From Bacteroidota bacterium (GTDB lineage: Bacteria; Bacteroidota; Bacteroidia; Bacteroidales; PUMT01): a stretch of 64,000 nt of DNA. A program made the translations under genes and the position numbers. This document shows, one piece after another, positions 31,267 to 39,739 of the stretch (the first letter of the stretch is position 1; each line of letters opens with the position of its first letter). The stretch covers positions 6,594 through 70,593 of the forward strand of contig PWHJ01000221.1 in the NCBI GenBank assembly GCA_003554865.1, given 5' to 3'. The notes beneath the pieces are model-generated. The model was not told where the DNA came from. It did not search any database and saw only the letters and a list, made by a program, of their open reading frames with translations.

Positions 31267-31986
31267 ATGATTAAAATAATTAATCTCCTGTTTTTCGCTT
31301 TAATGGTAGTTGTAAACTACCTGGCAAACGCCCTGCCGATAAACAACAAAACCACCGGAGAATTATCGGCCCAGTATGAAAACCTTTTTGTTCCCGCCGG
31401 TATTACATTCTCAATATGGGGAGTAATATACCTTCTGCTTTTGATCTTCTGTATAATCCAGTTCAGGGAAGAAAACAGGGAGGCTGTCGGCTCGATTGGT
31501 ATAACCTTTGCCATAACCTGCCTTTTAAACGCCGCATGGATATTTGCCTGGCATTATGAACAGCTGCCCCTTTCACTTTTGATAATGCTTGGTTTGCTGG
31601 CAGGACTTATTTTCATAAACCACACTTTGCGTGAAATACCTCCAGGCTGGATCAAAGCGGCGTTCGGTATTTACCTGGGCTGGATATGTATTGCCACAAT
31701 AGCAAATGTTACCGCCCTGCTTGTAAGCATCAACTGGGGAGGATGGGGTATATCCGGACAGGTGTGGACTATAATAATGATAGCTGCAGGCACAATTATT
31801 ATTGCCGCCACAGTTTACAGACTTGATAACCCTTTTACCGGACTGGCAGCAATATGGGCATTTACAGGCATAATAATCAAAAGGCAGCAAGATTATATCT
31901 CAATAGTTATTGCAGCAGCAATTGCCATAGCACTTACGGCTGTGGTGACGGGATTAATGTTTTACCGCAAACTCACCCCTGCCTGA
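31267..31986 (+). CDS. Polytopic Trp-rich membrane protein, possibly TspO/MBR-related
   Basis: NYLANALPINNKTTGELSAQYENLFVPAGITFSIWGVIY and repeated W-rich helices. The family call is from memory and is weak. Confidence 0.5.
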   Translation: MIKIINLLFFALMVVVNYLANALPINNKTTGELSAQYENLFVPAGITFSIWGVIYLLLLIFCIIQFREENREAVGSIGITFAITCLLNAAWIFAWHYEQLPLSLLIMLGLLAGLIFINHTLREIPPGWIKAAFGIYLGWICIATIANVTALLVSINWGGWGISGQVWTIIMIAAGTIIIAATVYRLDNPFTGLAAIWAFTGIIIKRQQDYISIVIAAAIAIALTAVVTGLMFYRKLTPA

Positions 31987-32006
31987 GTTAATTAAATTTT
32001 ACACAA

Positions 32007-32705
32007 ATGCATCGCAAAGACCTGTTTTTCAGCATTGCAGTAATAATCTTCTTTTTGCCCTTTTTTCTATGGAACCCACTGCTTGAAGCATACAAAGAAT
32101 TCAACCTTAACTACGGGATGGTAACCAGTTTTTTAAAGTTTGCTGTTTTGGCAACACTTGGAGAGGTGATCGGTTTACGCATTAAAACCGGCAATTACAA
32201 CAAGAGGGGGTTCGGCATTCTGCCCCGGGCAATTGTATGGGGTATTATCGGTCTGACCATACAGATGGCCTTCATAATTTTTTCAACCGGTACACCGATG
32301 TTCCTTGAATACCTCGGCGTGGAAGGAAGCACAGGTATGCTAGAGGAGTCTGGTTTGTCAGCGGCCAAAATACTGGTAGCTTTCTCCATCAGCCTTACGA
32401 TGAACATCATCTATGCACCGGTTATGATGACAACTCACAAAATAACTGACACACATATAGAGAATAATGGGGGGACGCTAAGGGGACTTTTCAGGCCCTT
32501 AAAGATGGGAGAGATCATGGCGGGCATAAACTGGAAAGTGCAGTGGGGTTTTGTTTTTAAAAAAACCATCCCCATCTTTTGGATCCCCGCCCATACAATA
32601 ACATTTTTACTTCCTCCGCAACACCGTGTGCTATTTGCAGCTCTTTTGAGCGTAATGCTGGGGGTGTTCCTTGCAGTGGCGGCAATTCTTGGCAAAATTA
32701 AGTAA
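32007..32705 (+). CDS. Hypothetical integral membrane protein
   Basis: Clean 232-aa ORF with about 6 hydrophobic helices. No recognised motif. Confidence 0.6.
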   Translation: MHRKDLFFSIAVIIFFLPFFLWNPLLEAYKEFNLNYGMVTSFLKFAVLATLGEVIGLRIKTGNYNKRGFGILPRAIVWGIIGLTIQMAFIIFSTGTPMFLEYLGVEGSTGMLEESGLSAAKILVAFSISLTMNIIYAPVMMTTHKITDTHIENNGGTLRGLFRPLKMGEIMAGINWKVQWGFVFKKTIPIFWIPAHTITFLLPPQHRVLFAALLSVMLGVFLAVAAILGKIK

Positions 32706-33088
32706 AAAGAGGCTGCATCTTTATAAACAGCCCCCTTTTGTCAATTTGCCGGCAATGTTACTTTTTCAGAATTTTCTTCAGTACCGTCTCCTCCTCCAGC
32801 TTTTTGGTGCAAAAGAACCAGTCTTTGCAATCCAGCTCCTCTTCCTTGCCCTCCATTCTGTTTTCAGCAGCACCGCAGGAAGATGCAGGAGGATACAGTG
32901 ATCATTATAAGCACTGAAAGAGAGGGTTGTGAGGATAAATACAGCTAATTGGAAGAAAAAATTAAAAATAATATTCAAAACATTAAACAAAATTGTTGAC
33001 ACGTAAAATAATTTTTCTTAACTTAATTTTAAAAAACCAAAAACACCCTATTATTTATGTTATTACCTCAAAAATATACAGCTTTAAT

Positions 33089-33661
33089 ATGAAAAAATTA
33101 TATAACCACAGTTTTTCTTTACATACATTTCTATGGGTAATATTTTTTCTGATTCTAATTTCATGCGGGCAAAAACTCTCTCCTGAGGAGGAAATGATTA
33201 GAGATGTCCTGAATAAAACGGTCAATATAAATCTTTTTGACAGCATCAGGAAGGAAGGTGAAGTATTTCATTTTACAGAATTCCGGGAAAAATACGATTA
33301 CATTTCCCTTGTTTACCTTGAAGATGGTTGCAGTCCTTGTTATCCGAGATTTGTTGACTGGCACGGGAAAATAAATTCGTTTCTTAAATATGAAGGCTAT
33401 ACTGTATTATTTGTTATCCGGGCAAACAACTACGTAAGGTTTCTTGAATTTGCATCCGAATATGGTGATGTTGAAGACCATCTTTATTTAGTAGTTGATC
33501 GGCACAATCGTTTTCTTGATAACAACAGGGATATCCCCCGTTCAATTTTAGACCGCTCTATCTTGATTGACAAAAAAAACAAGATCAAGCTAATTGGGCC
33601 TCCTTTGCAACTCCTGAAATGGGGGAACTTTTCCACAGAATTGTTGCCGGAACTGATTTGA
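33089..33661 (+). CDS. Thioredoxin-fold (TlpA/redoxin-like) lipoprotein with CSPC motif
   Basis: ATG at 33089 gives MKKLYNHSFSLHTFLWVIFFLILISCGQ (lipobox). YLEDGCSPCYPRFVDW carries a CxxC. LIDKKNKIKLIGPP resembles the C-terminal strand of TlpA-like proteins. The last 20 aa look out of frame (see findings). Confidence 0.6.
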   Translation: MKKLYNHSFSLHTFLWVIFFLILISCGQKLSPEEEMIRDVLNKTVNINLFDSIRKEGEVFHFTEFREKYDYISLVYLEDGCSPCYPRFVDWHGKINSFLKYEGYTVLFVIRANNYVRFLEFASEYGDVEDHLYLVVDRHNRFLDNNRDIPRSILDRSILIDKKNKIKLIGPPLQLLKWGNFSTELLPELI

Positions 33662-34002
33662 TTTCAGTTGGGACTTCTGAAGGCCCTATTATTGAATTTG
33701 ACAGGGAGATTCAAGATTTTGGTGAAATCCCGGTTGAAAACATTTCCGGACCAAGGGAGATAGAATTTGTTGTGTACAATAAAGGACCAAAGCCATTGGT
33801 GATGACAAATGTTGAATCATGTTGTGGTACAAGAATTAAGAGTTATACAAGAGCACCAATTCATCCCGGTGATTCCGGCTATGTGAGGGTAACCTCAAGG
33901 TTGCAAGCCCGCCAACAGGTAATAAATCATACGGTTACCGTGTACTCGAATGATCAAAACAGGGGAAGATTAGATCTGCAAATTAGGGGTATAGTTAATT
34001 AA
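33619..34002 (+). CDS. DUF1573 domain protein (no signal peptide of its own; probably the frameshifted C-terminal part of the preceding gene)
   Basis: IEFDREIQDFGEIPVENISGPREIEFVVYNKGPKPLVMTNVESCCGT...PIHPGDSGYVRV fits the DUF1573 pattern (FDFGxI...NxGxxPLxI...SCGCT...PGxxG). Confidence 0.65.
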   Translation: MGELFHRIVAGTDLISVGTSEGPIIEFDREIQDFGEIPVENISGPREIEFVVYNKGPKPLVMTNVESCCGTRIKSYTRAPIHPGDSGYVRVTSRLQARQQVINHTVTVYSNDQNRGRLDLQIRGIVN

Positions 34003-34075
34003 CTGCTAAAGTTATTTGAATTACAGAATGTTACATGAATAATATAAAAAATGCCTAACCACAAGGGAAAAAAAA

Positions 34076-34148
34076 GGAAGAGGAAGCAGCAGTGCATCGC
34101 TTGGCAGATACTTCCTCTTCCGGCCTCCCTTTATAAAAATAAAGGAGG
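34076..34148 (+). other. Two adjacent stem-loops (11-bp GGAAGAGGAAG/CTTCCTCTTCC, then CCTCCCTTTAT/ATAAAGGAGG)
   Basis: Perfect 11-bp inverted repeat 34076-34086/34111-34121. The second hairpin, 34124-34148, has a 3' arm that is an AGGAGG box 5 nt before a 5-codon ATG mini-ORF (34154-34171). Confidence 0.5.
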
Positions 34149-34323
34149 TAGATATGCCGGGAGACAAATAAGTTAGAGCAGGTACGCCCTGTTCAAGAAA
34201 AAGGATCTATCTATTCAAATTATGATAGAATATTATTTCTGCAAAAAATGTTTAATATCCATCATTTTACTTACCCAAATGATGATTGTCAGCAAAAGAA
34301 CTTTTATTTAACCTATAAAATTA

Positions 34324-34644
34324 ATGAAAATGAAGAAAAAAAAAATTATAGGCATATCCTCATGTTTATTTATGGCAATTACAATGTTTAGCGTACAGTT
34401 GCTACAGAATAACGAGGATATAGATTTCTCTATTCAAGATATTGCGGTTATGGCTCAAGCTGAAGATGATTATATCGAAGGTCCTTGGGGCACAAATTGG
34501 AAACATTATACCTTAAGATGTACTTACAGTAGAACAATTGGTTTTAATTACATCCTGGTTTTTGAGCAGAGTTCTGAGTACTCAGTAAATAAAAGAGTTT
34601 GCGGCTATGGCTTAGGCACATGCTTGCCGGCTGCAGGATGTTAA
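34324..34644 (+). CDS. Small secreted Cys-containing protein with an NVEALA-like motif
   Basis: Signal/anchor MKMKKKKIIGISSCLFMAITMF, then IQDIAVMAQAEDD (pattern [ND]-[IV]-x-[AV]-[LM]-A-x-x-E, as in the Bacteroidales NVEALA family). The C-terminal part has LRCTY and RVCGYGLGTCLPAAGC. Sits directly upstream of a BF3164-type propeller gene. Confidence 0.55.
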   Translation: MKMKKKKIIGISSCLFMAITMFSVQLLQNNEDIDFSIQDIAVMAQAEDDYIEGPWGTNWKHYTLRCTYSRTIGFNYILVFEQSSEYSVNKRVCGYGLGTCLPAAGC

Positions 34645-34659
34645 TCTATTAAGGGTTAT

Positions 34660-34698
34660 CAACATGTTGGCCATTACACCATTAAGGTCAACATGTTG
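34660..34698. promoter_or_regulatory. Two copies of the 10-bp palindrome CAACATGTTG, 29 bp apart
   Basis: 34660-34669 and 34689-34698 (the second extends to TCAACATGTTGA). Each is preceded by ATTAAGG. They lie in the 124-nt spacer between the peptide gene and the propeller gene. Confidence 0.4.
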
Positions 34699-34768
34699 AT
34701 TCCTGTAAATATTTTTAAAAAAGTAGAATATTTAACAACAATTATAGACATTTGATAAATAGATTATT

Positions 34769-35962
34769 ATGAAACTAATAATTATTGTCTCAGCTTTACT
34801 TCTCATTGCTGGCTGTAATGGTATATGGGAAAAGGGTTCTGCCTTTGAAGATGTTAATACATCAGAGTTTGTCAGAGAATTAAAAAGTGTAGAAAAAATA
34901 AATTACGAACCTGTCAGAATAACTGTTGATAATCTTAATGAGGGAAAAGAACTGTTGCTCTCGGAGGTTATTGATTCAGTATGGTACATCAAACTGGACA
35001 ATTCCACAAGCGCTTTGCTGGGTGATATTGACAGAATTGCTTTTACTGACTCACACATATTTATATTGGACAGGTATAAAACAAAATCTATAAAGAAATT
35101 TGACCTGGAAGGGAATTATATCACTGATATCGGAAGCCAGGGCAGAGGACCGGGGGAGTTTATCGAGCCTACCGATTTTGTCTGTATTGACAATAAGATA
35201 ATAGTTTATGATCAATTTACTCACAGATTGCTTCATTTTAATATTGATGGTACTTTAATTGACGTGCAAAGAGTACCGTTTAGCTTTAACACCTTTTTTG
35301 CATTTAATGAAAACGAGTTTGTATTTCAGTGCTTTGACAGTGATAATGTGCATTTCCCAGAAATATTAGGCTACTCGTTGATTTGGTCTGATTCAACCTT
35401 CAATATAAAATACCGCGGAATATTTACACCACATGAAAAATATATTCCAAGGCTAAACAGGGGATTGGTTCACTCCAACGACGAATTATTATTTGTCAAG
35501 CCTTATAGTGACACCCTTTATCAGGTAAAACAAAACGGCATATTTATTCCTAAGTATTTTATAGATTTTAAACAGTATACAATGCCGGAAAATGAAAAAA
35601 AGAGCTTAAACAACCAAAGCAATTTTGCCTATTTAAGTGACTGTTTTCTGACTGACAATTTTTTCTATTTTAATTTATCATATAAAAACAGAGTATTTCA
35701 TTTTTTTCATTCAGAAAATGATGATAAGTTAAGTTACTTCCATGTACAGCTAAATGATGTGTCTCCTCTCCTGAGATTTTTAAACATCATCTCTGGCAAA
35801 AAAGAAAACATTTTGATTGGATACAACTATTCACACACAATCTATGAAATCTATAAAAAGATAGAAGAGGCCAATCATTTGGAATTGCTTGATAAATACC
35901 GGGATTTTAAGGACGTTAAATTCAATGACAATCTGGTCCTGACATTTTACAAATTAAAGTAA
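34769..35962 (+). CDS. BF3164-type / 6-bladed beta-propeller lipoprotein
   Basis: Lipobox MKLIIIVSALLLIAGCNG. IFILDRYKTKSIKKFDLEGNYITDIGSQGRGPGEFIEPTDF...IIVYDQFTHRLLHFNIDG shows the GxGPGEF repeat signature of this Bacteroidota family. Confidence 0.75.
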   Translation: MKLIIIVSALLLIAGCNGIWEKGSAFEDVNTSEFVRELKSVEKINYEPVRITVDNLNEGKELLLSEVIDSVWYIKLDNSTSALLGDIDRIAFTDSHIFILDRYKTKSIKKFDLEGNYITDIGSQGRGPGEFIEPTDFVCIDNKIIVYDQFTHRLLHFNIDGTLIDVQRVPFSFNTFFAFNENEFVFQCFDSDNVHFPEILGYSLIWSDSTFNIKYRGIFTPHEKYIPRLNRGLVHSNDELLFVKPYSDTLYQVKQNGIFIPKYFIDFKQYTMPENEKKSLNNQSNFAYLSDCFLTDNFFYFNLSYKNRVFHFFHSENDDKLSYFHVQLNDVSPLLRFLNIISGKKENILIGYNYSHTIYEIYKKIEEANHLELLDKYRDFKDVKFNDNLVLTFYKLK

Positions 35963-35983
35963 ACCTCGGGCAAACAGGGAGGG

Positions 35984-36054
35984 TAAACTGATTACCGGTT
36001 TACATCAAAACACCAGAAATAACTCCGTGTTAAACTGGTTGCCGGTTTACATCA
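35984..36054. repeat. 24-nt imperfect direct duplication TAAACTG(A/G)TT(A/G)CCGGTTTACATCA
   Basis: Copies at 35984-36007 and 36031-36054 (22/24 identical). The second overlaps the stop codon and last codons of the 36047-37633 gene. Confidence 0.8.
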
Positions 36055-37633
36055 CAATCGCATAAATTACTCCCAATACTCCCGTTATAGCGAGAGCATA
36101 AACAACCCTTGCTGGCATAATGCCATTATTTTCGGCAGTTTTACCAAAAATTCCGAAAACAAGGGGATGAACAAGAAATGGCATTGCAAAGACAAATGCA
36201 ATAAGTCCCGCAGCCTGCTCACCAAACATTCCCCCCTGAATAGCGGCAAAAAGGCCGAAATGAGAAATAGCGGATGAATTGGCCATTACAGAATCATTCA
36301 AGGGCATTCCCCCCAGGTTTAAAATGAAGAGTCCGCCAAAAACTGCCACCAATTGCCATCCAAGTGAAAATATCATCAACCCCCTGATCTCCCTGGCCTC
36401 TTCATTATTTGCCCGCCTTAAAACCTTGAGTGCCAAAAAAGTTAATATCACACCGGCTGAGACTACCGCAATGGTATGAGGAATAAGCAGTTTATCTGCA
36501 GTAGCACTGGCGGCCAGTATTGAAAATACGAATATGTGGCCTATAAAAGGGATGTTGATCATTATGGGGGCCCTGAATTGCGCTTCGGGACCGAGATCCC
36601 CTGCGGTACAGGCACCGGTTAAACCTGAGTGAGACAACGAACCGGCCATTCCCGGTGCAAGATTACGCATATGATTGGCCTTGCCTGCCAGGATCAGTAT
36701 TGCCAGTCCACCGAACATCCACAACAACTGTCCGAAAAATCCGAATGCCAAAACAGAATTCATTCCGGTAAGTGCAAAAGCCTCCCCGATCCTTGATCCG
36801 CCCACCATAAAGTTGGCAGCCAGGACGACAGGTATACCGGCAAAAAGCAAAGACCTAATGGTGGGACCGTATTTCCAGCGCGAAAAGATCATACCCATGC
36901 TAACGGCCAGAACCATAACAAAAAATATTTCGGGCAGGGCAATATAGGATTTAATCCACTCGGCCACAAGCCATGATAAAAGTAAAACGCCCAATATCAT
37001 TGCCGTCTCAAGGATACCCTTGCGTATATAGACAGGTTTATTGGTGATCTTGGCACGGTAGTCAATCAATATAATAGAACCCACCAGACCCAGATATCCG
37101 AGCAAAGGGTAAAATTCATCCAGAGGCTCGTTGTTGCTGTAACCGATAATGACACGCTTCATTGATTCTATTCCCACAAGCACAAAAAAGGAGCGTATCA
37201 GGAACATGAACTGCGTAAACTTGGTGCCAAGAAACATTTCCTCATCTGAGGGCACAACTATATCCTCCTTATCAATTTCCTGTTTTGCAAAAAGTTTCCT
37301 GATCTCTTGTCCCCCGACAAAAAAAGAGGCACTCAGTGCCGTTATTGTCATCTTGCTTGTAAAATCAATTATGGGGAATTCGCTCAAGCCCGGAGTTCCC
37401 AGCCCACTGGTCTGCAAAACATATCCCATTATCAACCCGAAAACCACAATTATAAGTATTGGCGAATAGCGGGTGCCTGCCACAAAAGTACGGGAGACAA
37501 GCACCATGGTAATAACAAGCAAAAAAGTAAGCCATAACTGGTTCAGGATATGGGCGTTTGCCATCTGTTCTGATAAGTGCTCCATTGAATTACATTTTTG
37601 ATTTTTTGAAAAACCTTCCTTTCCGCTCTTCAT
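36047..37633 (-). CDS. Large polytopic membrane protein, putative transporter of unrecognised family
   Basis: 528-aa ORF with more than 10 hydrophobic helices and a Gly-rich loop GSLSHSGLTGACTAGDLGPE. The start is uncertain (alternatives at MEHLSEQ and MANAHI). Confidence 0.7.
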   Translation of the reverse strand: MKSGKEGFSKNQKCNSMEHLSEQMANAHILNQLWLTFLLVITMVLVSRTFVAGTRYSPILIIVVFGLIMGYVLQTSGLGTPGLSEFPIIDFTSKMTITALSASFFVGGQEIRKLFAKQEIDKEDIVVPSDEEMFLGTKFTQFMFLIRSFFVLVGIESMKRVIIGYSNNEPLDEFYPLLGYLGLVGSIILIDYRAKITNKPVYIRKGILETAMILGVLLLSWLVAEWIKSYIALPEIFFVMVLAVSMGMIFSRWKYGPTIRSLLFAGIPVVLAANFMVGGSRIGEAFALTGMNSVLAFGFFGQLLWMFGGLAILILAGKANHMRNLAPGMAGSLSHSGLTGACTAGDLGPEAQFRAPIMINIPFIGHIFVFSILAASATADKLLIPHTIAVVSAGVILTFLALKVLRRANNEEAREIRGLMIFSLGWQLVAVFGGLFILNLGGMPLNDSVMANSSAISHFGLFAAIQGGMFGEQAAGLIAFVFAMPFLVHPLVFGIFGKTAENNGIMPARVVYALAITGVLGVIYAIVM

Positions 37634-37692
37634 ACCGGTTTTTACAGAATAAATATGGTGTTTTAAGACCCTTATTACCGGTTAAGAATTAG

Positions 37693-37700
37693 CAAAAATA
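37693..37700 (-). promoter_or_regulatory. -7 box TATTTTTG upstream of the membrane protein gene
   Basis: The minus strand reads TATTTTTG (TAnnTTTG), about 60 nt upstream of the ATG at 37633. Confidence 0.35.
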
Positions 37701-37788
37701 ATTTTTTTTTGTTTAATTCATCCTCAGGGATAAATTTTTCTCAAGCAGTAAAAGGTATTAACCTGTTTTATATCTTAAGTGGAATTAC

Positions 37789-37830
37789 GGGGCCGGTTCC
37801 CGTGCCATAATCCGGCCCTTTATGCACGGG
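37789..37830 (-). other. GC-rich interleaved helices (pseudoknot topology or two nested hairpins) in an AT-rich spacer
   Basis: GGGCCGG 37790-37796 pairs with CCGGCCC 37812-37818. CCCGTGC 37799-37805 pairs with GCACGGG 37824-37830. The order is A-B-A'-B'. Confidence 0.4.
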
Positions 37831-37903
37831 AGTTAAAGCGGGTTCTATTGCAATTTTTTACATCCAGCTTCAGTCAAAAGCAGTCTGAGACAGCTACCGG
37901 GGG

Positions 37904-39163
37904 TCAGGTGTTAATGGTGATAATTTCATTTATATTGGTGGTATAACGGGGAGAAAGCCTCTCCTGCTTCATTTTCCATATCCGGTTCGGGTCCTGCACC
38001 GCCAGTTTAACTTTTTGTTGTCCGAATGATGCGTTTATCCTGTCAACGGTCCGCATAAGCGGTATATGCCTGGGATCTCTGTTTGTAAATATATTGAGCT
38101 GTACATTTTTTTCCGGGCAAAGATCCATTGCAATCACACCGGCCTTCTTGTAGTAGCAACCGGACTTAAAAATATTTCCAAGTGCGCAAACGGCAAACTT
38201 AACAAGCTCAATAGATGAATTTGTGGGAAAAGGTAGTTTAACCACAACGCTTTTGCCGTATTGAGGCAGGTCCGGGCGATGCCTGTTACCGTGGACAAAA
38301 ACCATAAGGGTATTGCAGCATGACCCCTCCACCCTGAGTTTTTCGGCACAGGATGAGGCAAATGCCGCAACACGCTCCTTAAGCTCCTCATACCGGGTAT
38401 AGTGCTTTTCAAAGGTGCGGGTGGTTGCTATGCTTTTGCGCGGTTGCACCTCGTTCAGATCAAGTCTCGGCACTCCCTGCAGATCATGTTTAAGGCGGAG
38501 CCCAACAACCGACATAAGGCTCTTCACCCGATTGTCTTCCATCTTTGTAAAATCAAAAGCCCTGTTTATGTTCATTGATTTAAGCCTTGCGGCATAGCGG
38601 GAGCCTATTCCCCAGACATCCTCAACAGGAAGCCATTTAAGGGCTTTAACACGTTTCTCCTCCGTATCGATCAGGTAAACATTTTTTGTCCGGTGAGGAA
38701 ATTTCTTGGCTATACGGTTGGCAACCTTGGCCAGCGCCTTTGTGGGAGCGATCCCCACACTTATAGGTATGCCCGTCCACCGCCCCACCTTTCTGTGCAT
38801 TTCCCAACCCATGGACTGCAAGTCAAAATTACCAAAACCCTTCAGTTTCAGAAAAGCCTCATCTATGCTGTAGATCTCCATTTCAGGTGTGAACCCGTCA
38901 AGTATGCTCATGACCCTGTTGCTCATATCCCCATAAAGAGGAAAGTTGGCCGAAAATATACGCACATTGTGCCGCCGGAAAAGCTTTTCATATTTAAAAG
39001 CCGGGGCTCCCATAGGGATCCCTGCAGACTTCGCCTCATTGCTGCGGGCAATTACACAGCCGTCGTTGTTGGAGAGCACCACAACCGGCTTGCCCATGAG
39101 GCCGGGATCAAAAACCCTTTCACAGGAAACGTAAAAATTATTGCAGTCGATCAGTGCAAACAT
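37904..39163 (-). CDS. umuC: Y-family translesion DNA polymerase (Pol V catalytic subunit UmuC-like)
   Basis: [20 protein letters not shown]...[27 protein letters not shown], little-finger-length C-terminus. Abuts the umuD-like gene. Confidence 0.9.
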   Translation of the reverse strand: MFALIDCNNFYVSCERVFDPGLMGKPVVVLSNNDGCVIARSNEAKSAGIPMGAPAFKYEKLFRRHNVRIFSANFPLYGDMSNRVMSILDGFTPEMEIYSIDEAFLKLKGFGNFDLQSMGWEMHRKVGRWTGIPISVGIAPTKALAKVANRIAKKFPHRTKNVYLIDTEEKRVKALKWLPVEDVWGIGSRYAARLKSMNINRAFDFTKMEDNRVKSLMSVVGLRLKHDLQGVPRLDLNEVQPRKSIATTRTFEKHYTRYEELKERVAAFASSCAEKLRVEGSCCNTLMVFVHGNRHRPDLPQYGKSVVVKLPFPTNSSIELVKFAVCALGNIFKSGCYYKKAGVIAMDLCPEKNVQLNIFTNRDPRHIPLMRTVDRINASFGQQKVKLAVQDPNRIWKMKQERLSPRYTTNINEIITINT

Positions 39164-39613
39164 TTAAAAGGATTTTATAACATGCGTTACAACACCCCAT
39201 ATCAACAGCTCATTTTCGGAAGTGACCCTTATAGGCTCATAATTATCATTGGCCGGCATAAGCCAGCAAACATCCTTTTCCAGTCTGATCTTTTTAACTG
39301 TAAACTCCCCGTCAATATAACAAACAGCTATTTTGCCGTCAGCCGGCTCAACACTTCTGTCGATCACCAGCAGGTCCCCGTCATCAATACCCTCGTCCTT
39401 CATGGAATACCCCTTAACACGCCCGTAAAAAGTTGCCGAAGGGTGTTTTACAAGGTGCCTGTTAAGATCGATCGAAAGATCTATAAAATCAAGCGCGGGA
39501 GAAGGGAATCCTGCACTGATGCCGCCCGGTATGAGAGGGCGTTCCATTTCGGTTTGCGTTTCGGCAGAATAAATATCAAGTGTTGCCGACGTATGTAGTT
39601 TCATTGCGGCCAT
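39164..39613 (-). CDS. umuD: S24 peptidase, UmuD-like autoproteolytic subunit
   Basis: GFPSPA motif, Ser context VKGYSM, Lys context FTVKKI. 149 aa. Immediately upstream of umuC. Confidence 0.85.
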   Translation of the reverse strand: MAAMKLHTSATLDIYSAETQTEMERPLIPGGISAGFPSPALDFIDLSIDLNRHLVKHPSATFYGRVKGYSMKDEGIDDGDLLVIDRSVEPADGKIAVCYIDGEFTVKKIRLEKDVCWLMPANDNYEPIRVTSENELLIWGVVTHVIKSF

Positions 39614-39739
39614 ACTTATACTTTTAATATGAACAAATTAACAAAATCGTGAATAGAGAAAGAGGCTTCTCCACAAAGTTAATGAAAATATTGCCACGTA
39701 GCTTTCAATTTTGTATTTTGGCTATGATCGTAAAAAATT

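Noticed and set aside
32758-32856. 32-aa minus-strand ORF MEGKEEELDCKDWFFCTKKLEEETVLKKILKK in the 383-nt spacer
   Set aside because: It is too short to support without conservation or expression data, and it has no promoter box or recognisable family.
34051-34176. 41-aa highly basic ORF MPNHKGKKRKRKQQCIAWQ...
   Set aside because: It coincides with the two hairpins, has no start context and has a composition driven by the purine-rich stem. It is more likely RNA structure than coding sequence.
38693-39598. 301-aa plus-strand ORF spanning umuC and umuD
   Set aside because: It is antisense to two well-supported genes and crosses their junction. The product is Arg/His/Pro-rich with no recognisable domain.
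37904-39613. umuDC as a marker of an integrated mobile element
   Set aside because: No integrase, transposase, conjugation or replication genes, and no flanking tRNA, are seen in the surrounding 10 kb.
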